Notes: generated from the sequence alone by a model not told the origin. Counted from the first letter of the stretch, positions 10,786 to 20,000 are shown. The stretch: DNA of 20,000 nucleotides from Scenedesmus sp. PABB004 (GCA_014905635.1 JABVCE010000052.1:49248-69247); one strand, 5' to 3'. Program-made: numbers and translations.

Positions 10786-11494
10786 CTGCGTCCGATCGGC
10801 GGGCCGGCGCGGCGCCTTCTCTTGCCGGAGCAGCGGGCCCCCATCCCGTGCCCGCCCGCGGCGGCAGCGCTCGCGCGGACGCCGCACCTGTGCCGCACGG
10901 GCTACCCTAATGCCGACGGCCTCAGATCGGCGCTGCTCGCCCTGCCGCAGCGATCACGCGCGCTGGCGGGCGGAGGCGTGCGGGAGTGTTGGGAGCGGGC
11001 GCAGTACTCGCTGCTGTGGCTGTGAGTGTTGCGCGTGGGCGTGCGTCGTGACTGGCGGCCGGGCGGCAGCGCAGCGAGGCAGCCTCGGCGCGTCACCAGC
11101 GCCTGACCCGCGCCCTCTCGCCGCCTCGCCTCCCGGGCGCCCGAGACGCCCGCGAGCTGCGCGTCCGCCGCCGCGCACCAGTGCCGACCCCCTCACCGCC
11201 CGCCGCCGCCGCCGTCACCCGCGGCCCGCTCACGCCACGCCCCCGACGGCGCCCGGGCCGGCGCCGGGGACGAGCTCCGCCAGGTCGCGCTCGGCGTGCG
11301 CGCCCGCGGCGGACAGGTGGCCAAACAGCCAGCTGGTGGCCACGAACAGCGCGAGCGCGCCCGCGAGCGCGACGTAGAGCTGCCGCACGAGCGTCTCCAG
11401 CTGCGCGGTGAGGTCGCCCAGCAGGAACGCGCCGCCGCACAGGCAGTTCCAGGGCAGCCCCAGCACCGCCGCGATCAGGCCCAGGTCGGCGCAG
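10786..11494 (-). repeat. Right arm of the inverted repeat; contains the native 3' end of the 4-TM gene
   Basis: Reverse complement of 8549-9256. Continuous in frame with the rest of the minus-strand gene, whose stop is at 11230-11232. Confidence 0.97.
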
Positions 11495-12508
11495 CCGGGC
11501 GGGCACGGCGTGACGCCGCCCGCGCCCAGCCCGGCCTGCGCGGGCGCCGCCACGGCTGCGGCCGCGGCCGCGGGCGCGGGCGCGGGCGCAGGCGCGAGCG
11601 CCGGCGCTGCGGGCGGGAACCAGGGCGGCGCGGGGCCGCTGCCGCCGCCGCCGGCGCCGCGCGCCGCGGAGAGCGCGCCAGACATCATGGTCAGCCACGT
11701 GATGCTGCCGCCCAGCGCGACCGTGGCGAGCGCGAGCAGGAGCACCCAGTTGGCGACGTTGACCTTGGCCGCGGTGGTCACCCAGTTGCTCAGTGACAGG
11801 CCCGTCGCTGCGGCGCGGCAACGGCGGCGGCGGCGGCGGTCGCGCGGGTGAGGGCGGCGCGCTTGCTGGCGCGGCGGGCCGCGGGCTGGGCCAGGCGGCG
11901 GCGGCGCCGCCGCGTCCGCGTCGCTCACCGCCGCCGCCGCCGCGCGGGCGGGCGCCGCGGGGCGGCCCGCCTCGAGCCAGAGGTTGGCGCCCAGCACGCA
12001 CGCAGCGGCGGGGCTGAGCACGAGCACCGCGGCCAGCACGCTGGCCTTGAGCCGGTCCACCCCCTCCGCCGTCACGCCCAGGTCGCCCATCGCGGCGACC
12101 GTCGTGGAGCGCGCCGCGAGCATGCCGCCCGCCCACAGGGGGAGGCCGACCAGGAAGAGACCCGCGCAGGCCAGCGGCACCGCCGGCACCGTCACGCCGC
12201 CGCTGCAGAGGCGGGCGCGGCGCGGGGTCGCGAGCGGAGCGGTGAGCTGGGAGCGAGCTGGGAGGTGCCTGGGCGCGCGCCGGCAGGGCGGCGGCGAGCG
12301 GCGGCGCGCGGCGGCGGCGGCAGCAGCGGCGCACATGGTCACGAGCCGGCGCCTGGCCGCATCCCGGGGCGCCGCCCACGGCGCCGCCGCAGGCAGGCTC
12401 TCGTAACTGCGGGTCGCAGCGGGGGCAGGCGGGCGTGAGCGGGCGCGACCCCCAGGCGCGAGCGAGTGCGGCCTGGCGACAGCCCTGGCAGCCTCACCGC
12501 GGCTGCAT
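11230..12508 (-). CDS. Hypothetical four-pass membrane protein with a Cys-containing loop between TM3 and TM4
   Basis: Micro-exon 12498-12508 (ATG CAG CCG CG|gtgag), exon 12335-12406 and an exon from 12202 splice in frame: MQPRYESLP...RRRLVTIGGVTVPAVPLACAGLFLVGLPLWAGGML. Further hydrophobic segments: SVLAAVLVLSPAAACVLGANLW, VANWVLLLALATVALGGSITWL and LYVALAGALALFVATSWLFG. Loop CPPGCADL...NCLC. A possible extra intron at ~11808-11928 is unresolved. Confidence 0.75.
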
Positions 12509-12662
12509 CGCGCGCGCGTCACGGTCAGCGACGACTCGGATCGGGGAGTGCGGGGAGCGCGCAGCGGCGGCGGCCGCGGCGTCGCGCAGAAGAGTGGCGC
12601 GGCGGGCGAGGGTTCTCGGCCGGTCGTCACCGCCGCGGCCGCAGCGCCGCCGCCCCGACTGC

Positions 12663-14209
12663 TCACGCCGCCGCCACGCCGCCGCCGTCGCCGCCGCCGC
12701 GGCGCCCCAGGCCGCCGCCGGCCGCGCGCCACCCAGCGCCGCCGCGCTGCCCGCCGCCCGCGCCGTGCTCCTCCCACCACGCCAGCCGCGCGGCCTGCTC
12801 CGGCCAGTCCTTGGACGCCTCCCGCTCCCAGCGCCGGATGTGGCGCAGCTGCGGCCGGGCGCCGCGTGCGCGCGGTCGGCCGGTCGCCGCCGGCGCCCTC
12901 GCCCGCCCCGCCCCGCGCTGCCGCCTGGCCTGCCGCGCCAGCGCGCCGCACCTCTGTGCGCCGCGCCTCGCGCACGCTCTTGGGGTCGTGCTTGTGTGAG
13001 AACATGAGGTCCAGGTGGTGCGCGCCCTGGCGCCACGCGCGGCAACGGCGGCAGGGTCGGGGCGCCGCGCCGCGCTGCCCCCCCCCCCCCGCCGCACCTC
13101 TGGGATGACCAGCGCCACGATCGACTCGCTCACGTCGGCCAGCACGCCGCCGCCGGACCACGGGTCTAGTTTTCCGTTACTCAGCACAATGTTGCTGCCC
13201 CCCCAATGTCACGCCCGCCCCACTGCGGCCCCACGGTCGAGGCGGCAGCGGGGGTGAGGCTGGCGCGGCGCAGCAGGCGGGCGGGGGGCGGCGGCGGCGC
13301 GGCGCGCGGCGCCGCCGCGCCTGCGTGACGGGCCAGGCCTTGGAGCGCGGGCCGACGCCCCAGCGCGACACGCAGCCCTCCGCCGCGGCAGTGAAGTCAA
13401 AGGGCTCGTCCCAGAACATGTCGGTCTCTGTAGGTGTGTGTGGTGTGTGGTGTGGGTGTGGGTGTGGGTGTGGGTGTGGGTGTGGGTGTGTGTGTGTGGG
13501 GGGGGGGGGGGGGGGGGGGGAGGTGGGGCAGGCCAGGCGCGTCGCGCCCCCCGGGAGGCCGCGGCGCTGCGGCCCGCCGTGGGGCAGCGCCCGCGGCGGC
13601 GCGGCGGCGGCGCGCGCACCACCGTCCTTGGCCGCCGGCATGATGAGCTCGGTGCACCACTGCCAGTCCCACAGCGCCCCGTCCTCGTCCGACTCGGGGC
13701 TGGGGCCCTAAAGGCGCGCGGCACGCGGCGGCAGGGGGCGGTGGTGTGCCGCCAGGCCCCGCGCCGCAGCGCCCCCCCGCGCCGCCCCCCTTGCAGCGGG
13801 GGGTCGGGGCGCCCCGCGGCGGGGCTCGCGGCGCCCCGGCGCGGCGCCGCACCAGGCCGGGCGCGAGGCAGTCGAGTGTGCCGGTGAAGTTGTAGAGCAC
13901 GCCCGCGGCCTGACCCAGGGCTGCAGGGTTTGGGGTTGGGGTGGTTTAGGGTTCAGGGGGGCGGCGGGGCGGGGCGGTCAGCGGCGGGCGGGCGCGCGGG
14001 GCGGCGCCGCGACCCCGAGCGGCCCCCCCTCCCGCCAGCACGCGCGGGCGCGGCGCGCCCGCGTGCTGCGAATGCCGCAGCTGCCGCGCGACCGCCACGG
14101 CATCAGTAGCACACGAGCGCGCCGCGCCGGCGGCGGCGCTGCGCGGCGCTGCGCGCCGTGCGGCGCGCACGGCGCGTGCCATGCAGCGCGCGCGTGCAGC
14201 GCGTCTGAC

Positions 14210-14245
<36 letters not shown>

Positions 14246-14429
14246 CCCCCCCCCCCCGCACCCCGCATGAGGTCGAGGCCGTCGCTCGGGTGCGCCGCGG
14301 CCATGGCCGCGCACGCGGCCCGCACGGGGAAGGGTGGCAGGTCGCCCGCGCCGTTGGTCATGTAGGCGCTGGGGTAGGGGTAGTCGCCCATGGCCAGGTA
14401 GTCCCTGGTGGGTGTGTGGGGGGTGGGGT

Positions 14430-14461
<32 letters not shown>

Positions 14462-16475
14462 GTGGGGGGGGGGGGGGGGGGGGGGGGGGAGGAGGGAGCG
14501 CGAGGGGCGTGCAAGGGAGGGGCGTGAGGGAGGGAAGGGGCGCGGGGCCGGCGGCCGCCGCGGGCGTGCCTGCCTGCCGCCCCCCCCACCCACACCCACA
14601 CCCCTTTCAAACACACAGCAACGCGCGCGCACCAGGCGGACGCCAGGTAGTCCCGCAGCGCCAGCACGTCGTCCCGGCCCCGCAGCTGTGCGTCGGGGCA
14701 GAGGCGCAGCGCGGCGCCGAGGTCGGCCCGGCCGCCGACGTCGCTGCCGAGCGCGAGCAGCACCTCCCACGCGCGGTGCACGTTTGGCACGCACGCCGGC
14801 GCCGCGCCGGCTGCGGGGCTGGCGTCGAACGTCACTGCGCGCGGCGAACGAGCGCTGCTCAAACGGCGGGTCCTGCCGGCGCGGCGGGGCGGGCGCGGCG
14901 CGGGGGCGAGGCGGCGGCGCGGGGCGAGGCGGCGGCGCGCGCGGGGTCGGCGCGCCGCGCGCGCCGCTCGCTGCGCGGCGCCGCGGGGGGCCCAGGCCAC
15001 GCCCAGGCCCTGCCCCCCACGCGCCGCCTGAACCCCAGCCCCCCCCCCCACCACCACCCACCCACCTCGCCGTAAAAGGCCCACACCGGCGCGCTCGCCG
15101 CGACCGCCCCCGCAAAGGCGTGCGGGTACTTCAGCCGCGCCCACGCCGCCAGCATGCCGCCTGCGCGCACAGGCGCGGCGCGGGCGCGCGCGTCGGCGGC
15201 GGCGCGCGGGCGTGGCAGCGGCGCGGCTGCGGGGGCGGGGCGCGGGTGCAGGGCGCGGCGGGGGCGGCAAGGCAGCGGCGGGGGCGGCGGCGGGCGGCAG
15301 CGGCGCGGCGGCGGCGGCGGGGGCGGCACGCGGGCGCGGGGGCGCGGCGGGGGCGGCGCGTCACCCACCGTACGAGCCGCCAAACGCGACCACGGGGCTG
15401 TGCGCCGCGCCGGGGACTGAGGCGCGCAGCTCGTGCACCAGCTCGGCGTAGTCTAAGGCGCGTGCGTGCGCGCGCGGGGTGGGCGGGGCGGTCGTCAGCC
15501 AGCGGCGCTGCGCGCGGCGCGGCGGCGGCGTGCCGCGCCCTCCCACGCGCGCGGCGCGTCACCCGCGAGCGCCTGCTCCGCGGTGAGGTGGGCGAGGTGC
15601 TCGCGCGCGTTGGCCCCGCCGCGGCGGCGCGGCTTGGACTGGCCGTAGTACCTGCGCAGCACGCCCGCCGCCGGCGCCGGCGAGCGAGCACACACAGCGG
15701 GCGTCACTCAGCCGCGGGGCCCGTGAGCCGCGCGGGCCCGGCGGGCCGCGCGCCGCGCGGGCGCGCCTGTGCTCTGCAAAGACCAGCAGCGCGCCAAAGG
15801 CGGGCCCGTTCTCCCACATCAGGCCGGTGTGGTTGAGGTACCTGCGGCGCCGGGGCGGCCGGCAGCGGCGCGGTCGACGGCGCAGGGTCGGCGGCGGCGG
15901 CGGCGGCGGCGGCGGGGGCGGCGTGGCCGCAGCGCCGCGCGGCGCGCTGCGGGCGGGGTGCCGCCGCGCGCGCGCCGTGCCGCGCCGCGAGCGCTCACAG
16001 CGTGACGTCGGCCTCGTTGCCGAGGTACAGCCAGATCGGCCCGCGCGCGCCGTTGGGCGCGGCGGCCCAGTGCTGCTCGTCGCACAGGAACACGCGCTGC
16101 TTGAACGTGCCGGGCCGCCGCTGCCGTTGCGCGGGCTTGGGCTGCGCGCAGCGGCGGCGGCGCGGCGGTCAGGGCGCCGCGCGCTCCCGGCCCCGCTGGA
16201 CCCTCGAGCGGAGCGCCCGTCTCCGCGGCCACGCACGATGCTGAAGTGGTCCAGCGTCGCGGTGCGCCAGTGGAGGCGGCAGCGGCTGAGCAGGTCGCGC
16301 CCTCCGCCGCCGCTGGCGGGCGGGCGCGGCTGAGGAGCGCGGGCGGGGGACGCCATGGCGACAGGGGCGGCCTGTAGGCCGCCGCGCGGAGCGGCAGCGC
16401 CAGCAGGAGCGCCGGCAGCAGCAGCAGCAGTGCGCCGCGCCGCGCCGCGCCGCGCCGCGTAGGCGTTGCCCCCAT
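12663..16475 (-). CDS. PRCP: Lysosomal Pro-X carboxypeptidase (prolylcarboxypeptidase/DPP7-like, peptidase S28), ~14 exons
   Basis: Signal peptide (ALLLLLPALLLALPLRAAA). Motifs TLDHFS, TFKQRVF, GPIWLYLGNEAD, NHTGLMWE, LVFAEHRYYGQS, LTAEQALADYA, FGGSYGGMLAAW..LKYPH (nucleophile Ser), AMGDYPYPS, WDWQWCTE, SNGKLDPWSGGG (Asp) and GAHHLDL (His). Exons approx. 16237-16475, 15999-16141, 15767-15841, 15563-15651, 15369-15452, 15066-15160, 14633-14872, 14262-14404, 13853-13920, 13620-13707, 13321-13427, 13098-13222, 12952-13026, 12663-12848. Three apparent frameshifts. Confidence 0.94.
13433..13520. repeat. Intronic (GGGTGT)n/(GT)n repeat followed by poly-G
   Basis: Read directly; lies in PRCP intron 13428-13619. 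Confidence 0.85.
14212..14489. repeat. Poly-C (14212-14257) and poly-G (14408-14489) tracts flanking a PRCP exon
   Basis: Homopolymer runs of roughly 25-45 nt in the introns on either side of exon 14262-14404. Confidence 0.85.
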
Positions 16476-16754
16476 CCTGGACGCTGCGGGGTGCGACGGG
16501 CGCTCCTGTGTGAGCCCGAGCGGCGGGTGTGGGCCCGGGGGACTGCCGACGGCAGGTACGAGAGCGCGCGTTCGAGCTGCAGAACCCGCGGCGGCGGTCG
16601 CACCGCCGGCCGGAGCGCCGCCAGCTCGCGATATGCTCATTGCGTTGCATGGTTGGGTTTGCTCGCTCTGCCCACACGCCGCCCTCGCGCCGTTTGCTCG
16701 CTCTGCGCACACACACCCGGCCGGGCTCACCCGCGCGCGCCGCTCGCGCGCCGC

Positions 16755-17167
16755 CTAGGCCGCGGCGCGCGTCGCGAGCAGGCGGCGGTGGCGGCGCAGG
16801 CCGCCCTCGAGCGCAATCTCCTCCTGCGCCGCCCGGCACGCCGCCGTCCGCGACCTCGACGCACGCGGCCGCGCGTCGGCCACGGCTGCTCGCAAGGTGG
16901 AACATGAGGCCGGAGATGTCGGCGCCGCCTGCGTTCGCACGGCGTTGCGGGGGCGGCGCGCCGCGGTCGCTCACCCCGGTCCGCGCGCGGACCGGCCCGC
17001 GCGCGCGCCCCCTCGCCCGTCCGCCAGCTGGCCGCCTCACCGCCTGCGCCCAGTGCCTCAATCTTCTGCTCGCACGCCAGCGCCAGCAGCGGGTCCGCGG
17101 GCGCCGGCGCTGCCGCCGCTGCTGCGGCCACCAGCAGCACCGCCGCGAGGGCAGCCAGCAGCCGCAT
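16755..17167 (-). CDS. Small putatively secreted hypothetical protein (2 exons; 3' exon frame uncertain)
   Basis: ATG at 17167: MRLLAALAAVLLVAAAAAAAPAPADPLLALACEQKIEALGAG (signal-peptide-like). Donor G|gtgagg at 17040, acceptor cgcag at ~16929, then GADISGLMF... A plausible end, ACRAAQEEIALEGGLRRHRRLLATRAAA*, lies in a shifted frame. Confidence 0.5.
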
Positions 17168-17539
17168 CGCGACTCTTCGAGCTCCGAGAAGCTGTGGCGC
17201 GCTGCGCGGAGGCTCGGGGCGTCGCTGCGAGCGGCGGGAGCTTTTCTGCGCGGGAAGCCGCGTGAGCTGCAGCGGCGCGCTTGTGTGTTGGCACCGCGTT
17301 TGACGAGCTGCGAGTTCGACGATGAGGGCGAGCACTGCCCGCGCGAGCGCGCTGGGCCGGCCGCGACGGCGCCGCGCCAACTGGCGCGGGTCAGGGACTG
17401 CCTGCCCTGTTGCCACACCGTCCTTGCCCCCCGCCCCCCTGGCCCCACAACCCAATCGGCGGCAGCGCTCGCAGCTGCTGTCGGTGCGCAGCCTCGGCCG
17501 CGCCTGCTGCGCGCCCCGTGCGGCTCCGCTCCCGCTGCC

Positions 17540-18875
17540 CTACTCGTCCGGCGCCGGCCCGCCGCGCCGGGCGCCGCCGCTGCACGCGCTGCTTGCCCCC
17601 CGCGGCGGCCCCGGCGCGCCGCCGCCGGCATGCGCGCTGGCGGCGCCGCTGGCGCCGCATCTTGCCGCCGCCGCCGCCAGCGCGTGCTGCCGCCGCGGCG
17701 CCGGGCACCTCGCCCTGGCCGCGCGCCGCCGCCCTGGGCGCGGCCGCGCGTGCGCGGCCTGGCGCGCGGCTGCGCCGGCTCTGGCGGCGGCAGCGCGCAC
17801 CGCGCCCTGCTGCGCTGCTGCCCGCCCGGCGCGGCGCGGCGGCGCCCGGCAGCGGCGCCTGATCGCCGCCTGCGGGGCGTGCGCGGGGCGGGGCGGCAGG
17901 GGGTCGGGGCGGCGGGTGCCGCTGCCGCCGGCCAGGGGGTTGCCCTGCCAGTCGCCGCATGCAGCGCGGCACACGCGCGCGCGGCACACCTGCGCCGGCG
18001 GCGCCGGCCGCCGCACCGCCAGCCGCGACCGCCGTCGCGGCGCCGCCGGCGCTGGCGCCTGCCGCGCGCGCAAAGCCCTTGCCCTGGACCCACGCGTGCA
18101 GCTGTCGAACGCTCAGCGCGTCGCTGACCTCCTCCTGACAGCTGCGGCGGGCGGCGGGCGCGGAGGTGGCGCGTGAGGCGGCGAGCGGCAGCTGCGGCGG
18201 GGCGCGGCGCCCGCGGCAGAGCGCGCGCACCTCCTTGCCGTCCGGGCGAGCATGATCAGCACCGCGTCGCGCCGGGATGCTGCGCGGCGGCCGGGGAGCG
18301 AGGGGCGGGGCGGCGGCGGGCGTCGGGGAAAGGGCGGGGGCGTCGCGGGCGCGCGCGGCGCCGCCGGCGGCTGGCGCCGCTGCGCCGCACGGCGGGCGCG
18401 CGTGGTGGTGTGCGCTCACAAGGTGACGTTGAGGTGTGCGAGCCGCCCTTGACCACGACCTCATGGATGAAGCGCTTGAGCTGCGGCGCACGGGGCGCGC
18501 GGGGGCGCGCGTGAGCGCGCAGCGATGCGGCTGGCTGATGCACCTCGCCCCCTGCTCCTCGTGCTGCGCCTGCTGCTGCTGCGCCTGCGCCTGCCGTCGC
18601 CGCCGCCGCCGTCGCCGCCCGGCAGAGAGCAGCGCCGCGCGCCGCGGCCCGCGCCCCCACCTCGGGCATGGCGTTCAGCCGGCAAGCCGGGCATGTCTGC
18701 GGTGAGAGTGGGGGAGCGGTCGCGTGAGCCGGGTGTGCGGTCCGGAGGCGCGGCGTGGAGCGAGTTCGGGGCAGTCGCGCGCGCATCGCACCTCGAAGCG
18801 GCCCTTTGCGGGCGCCGCCGACGCGACGCTGGCCAGCATTAACGCTACTAAAAGCATCCCCATCCAGCGGCGCAT
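17540..18875 (-). CDS. SELENOM: SelM/Sep15-family thioredoxin-like ER oxidoreductase, Cys homologue (CxxC); 3' end uncertain
   Basis: ccaccATG at 18875. Exons 18792-18875 (signal peptide ...APAKGRFE), 18661-18696 (TCPACRLNAMPE), 18420-18480 (LKRFIHEVV...HLNVT), ~18231-18279 (IP..VLIML..DGKE) and from 18141 (EEVSDALSVRQLHAWVQGKGF). This follows the SelM pattern ETCxxU.LN...VK.F...NL....PGA.P.L.L......E.....I...V...GF. Several 1-nt indels are needed. Confidence 0.72.
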
Positions 18876-19244
18876 GGTGGCCGCCCCAAAGTGGTTGGCG
18901 CGCCCCACAGTGGTCGGCGGGCGCGAGCGCGTGCGGGGCGACGCGGGGTCGCTGAATGCGGGGGCGTGATGTGCGGGACGGGGAAGTAATGATGTGCGGC
19001 GGGCGGCGGCGCGGGAGCGGCGGCGGCGCCCCGCGGCGAACGACGACAGCGGCGGCGCGCTGAGCCCCGCGGCAGCGCCACACCAGCATCCGCACTGCCA
19101 CCTCCGTCTCTCCCCATTCCTGCGCTCCTGGGGGGCGCAATCTTCCGACGTGCGCCCCGCGCCAGCGGCAGCAGCGGTAGCAGCAGCGGCGCCCGCGCCG
19201 CCGCCGCGAGCGTCCGCCGGCCCAGCGCCCCCCCCCCCCCCGCG
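18876..19244. promoter_or_regulatory. Probable bidirectional promoter/5'-UTR region between the SelM-like (-) and quinone oxidoreductase (+) genes
   Basis: About 370 bp separate two head-to-head ATGs. Positional inference only. Confidence 0.4.
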
Positions 19245-20000
19245 ATGCGCGCCATCGTGGGTGGACGCGCTGGGCGACCCCACGACGCCGCTGGGCGGGG
19301 GCGTTCTGCGGCTGGACGCCCACGCGCCGGCGCCGACGGCGGGCCCCGGCATGCTGCACCTGCGCGTGCTTGCGGCGAGCTTGAACTTCCCCGACGCGCT
19401 GCAGATCAAGGGCCAGTACCAGGTCAAGCCGGCGCTGCCCTTCGTCCCCGGAAACGAGCTCTCGGGCGTCGTCCTCGCGGTGCGGCGGGGAGCGCCAGCG
19501 GCTGCGAGCTGGCGCCCGCGGCGCGCCGACGCAGCGTTTGCGCTTGCAAACGCCGCCCGCCGCCGCCGCCGCCGCCGCCGCGCCGCCGCCGCCGCCCCGC
19601 CGCCGCCGCAGGTCGGGCGCGGCGTGCAGGGGTTCAGCCCCGGCGACCGCGTGTGCGCGGTCAACGCAGGGCGGCGCGTTTGCCGAGGAGGCGGCAGTGC
19701 CCGCGCTCAGCGCGTGGCACGTCCCTGGTGAGGGCTGCGGCGGGCGGCGGCACGCCGCGCGGGACCCGCGGCGGCGGCGGCGCCCCCGCGCCCCCGCCCC
19801 GCCTGAGGGCCCCGCGCGCCCGCGCGCCCCGCGCGCGCGCCCCGCACACCCCACACACAGCCGGCGTGGACCCGGTCGCGGCGGCGGGCGTGCCGATCGT
19901 GTACGGCACGGCGCACCTCGCGCTGACCGCGCGCGCGCGGCTGGCGCCCGGCAGACCGTGCTCGTGCTCGGCGCGAGCGGCGGCGTGGGCACCGCGGCGG
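19245..20000 (+). CDS. NADPH:quinone oxidoreductase / zeta-crystallin-like MDR-family protein, 5' part
   Basis: MRAIV(V)DALGDP...LRVLAASLNFPDALQIKGQYQVKPALPFVPGNELSGVVLA | VGRGVQGFSPGDRVCAV..GGAFAEEA | GVDPVAAAGVPIVYGTAHLAL..RARLAPG.TVLVLGASGGVGTAA, the last segment being the Rossmann motif. Introns 19480-19611 and 19728-19860. Frameshifts at ~19260, ~19663 and ~19951. Confidence 0.92.
   Translation, partial: MRAIVGGRAGRPHDAAGRGRSAAGRPRAGADGGPRHAAPARACGELELPRRAADQGPVPGQAGAALRPRKRALGRRPRGAAGSASGCELAPAARRRSVCACKRRPPPPPPPPRRRRRPAAAAGRARRAGVQPRRPRVRGQRRAARLPRRRQCPRSARGTSLVRAAAGGGTPRGTRGGGGAPAPPPRLRAPRARAPRARAPHTPHTAGVDPVAAAGVPIVYGTAHLALTARARLAPGRPCSCSARAAAWAPRR

Noticed and set aside
8549..11494. 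Inverted repeat as the TIRs of a DNA transposon, Foldback or Pack-type element
   Set aside because: The arms are host coding and flanking sequence continuous with an intact gene. There is no target-site duplication, transposase or recognisable terminal motif.
13925..13960. Interstitial telomere-like repeat (gggtttggggttggggtggtttagggttcaggg)
   Set aside because: Only one exact TTTAGGG unit. It is adequately explained as the C-rich 3' end of a PRCP intron.
302..19992. Long Arg/Ala/Pro/Gly-rich ORFs in the track (e.g. 879..3203+, 15559..18093-, 16529..18127+, 18256..19992-)
   Set aside because: Stop codons are scarce at this GC content. These ORFs are antisense or off-frame shadows, or read-throughs of introns in the spliced genes.
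1..20000. tRNA, rRNA, snRNA or SECIS elements
   Set aside because: None recognisable by eye. A covariance-model search (Infernal/Rfam, tRNAscan-SE) would be needed to exclude them.

Overview
Eukaryotic, extremely GC-rich, intron-dense nuclear DNA. Short G/C-rich introns ending in cgcag, GC-ending codons and tight gene packing suggest a chlorophyte green alga, possibly Sphaeropleales (inference). Most long ORFs in the supplied track are GC artefacts, so I rebuilt the genes by splicing them manually. In order: the 5' end of an MSP/ASH Ig-like domain gene (-); a PAPS/UDP-sugar transporter of the SLC35B2/UTr5 type (-); MUS81 endonuclease with an unexpected internal UBA-like domain (+); a small Cys/His-rich orphan ORF (+); an unknown 4-TM protein (-); lysosomal Pro-X carboxypeptidase (S28, -); a small secreted orphan (-); a Cys-type (CPAC) SelM/Sep15 homologue (-); and the 5' part of an NADPH:quinone oxidoreductase (+). 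The most striking structure is a near-perfect ~708-bp inverted repeat (8549-9256 / 10786-11494) around a 1.5-kb spacer. It copies the 3' end of the 4-TM gene to 59 bp behind the MUS81 stop codon, and splice-site logic suggests the spacer is flipped or flippable. Many single-base frameshifts in otherwise conserved genes, denser toward the right end, point to consensus errors rather than pseudogenes.
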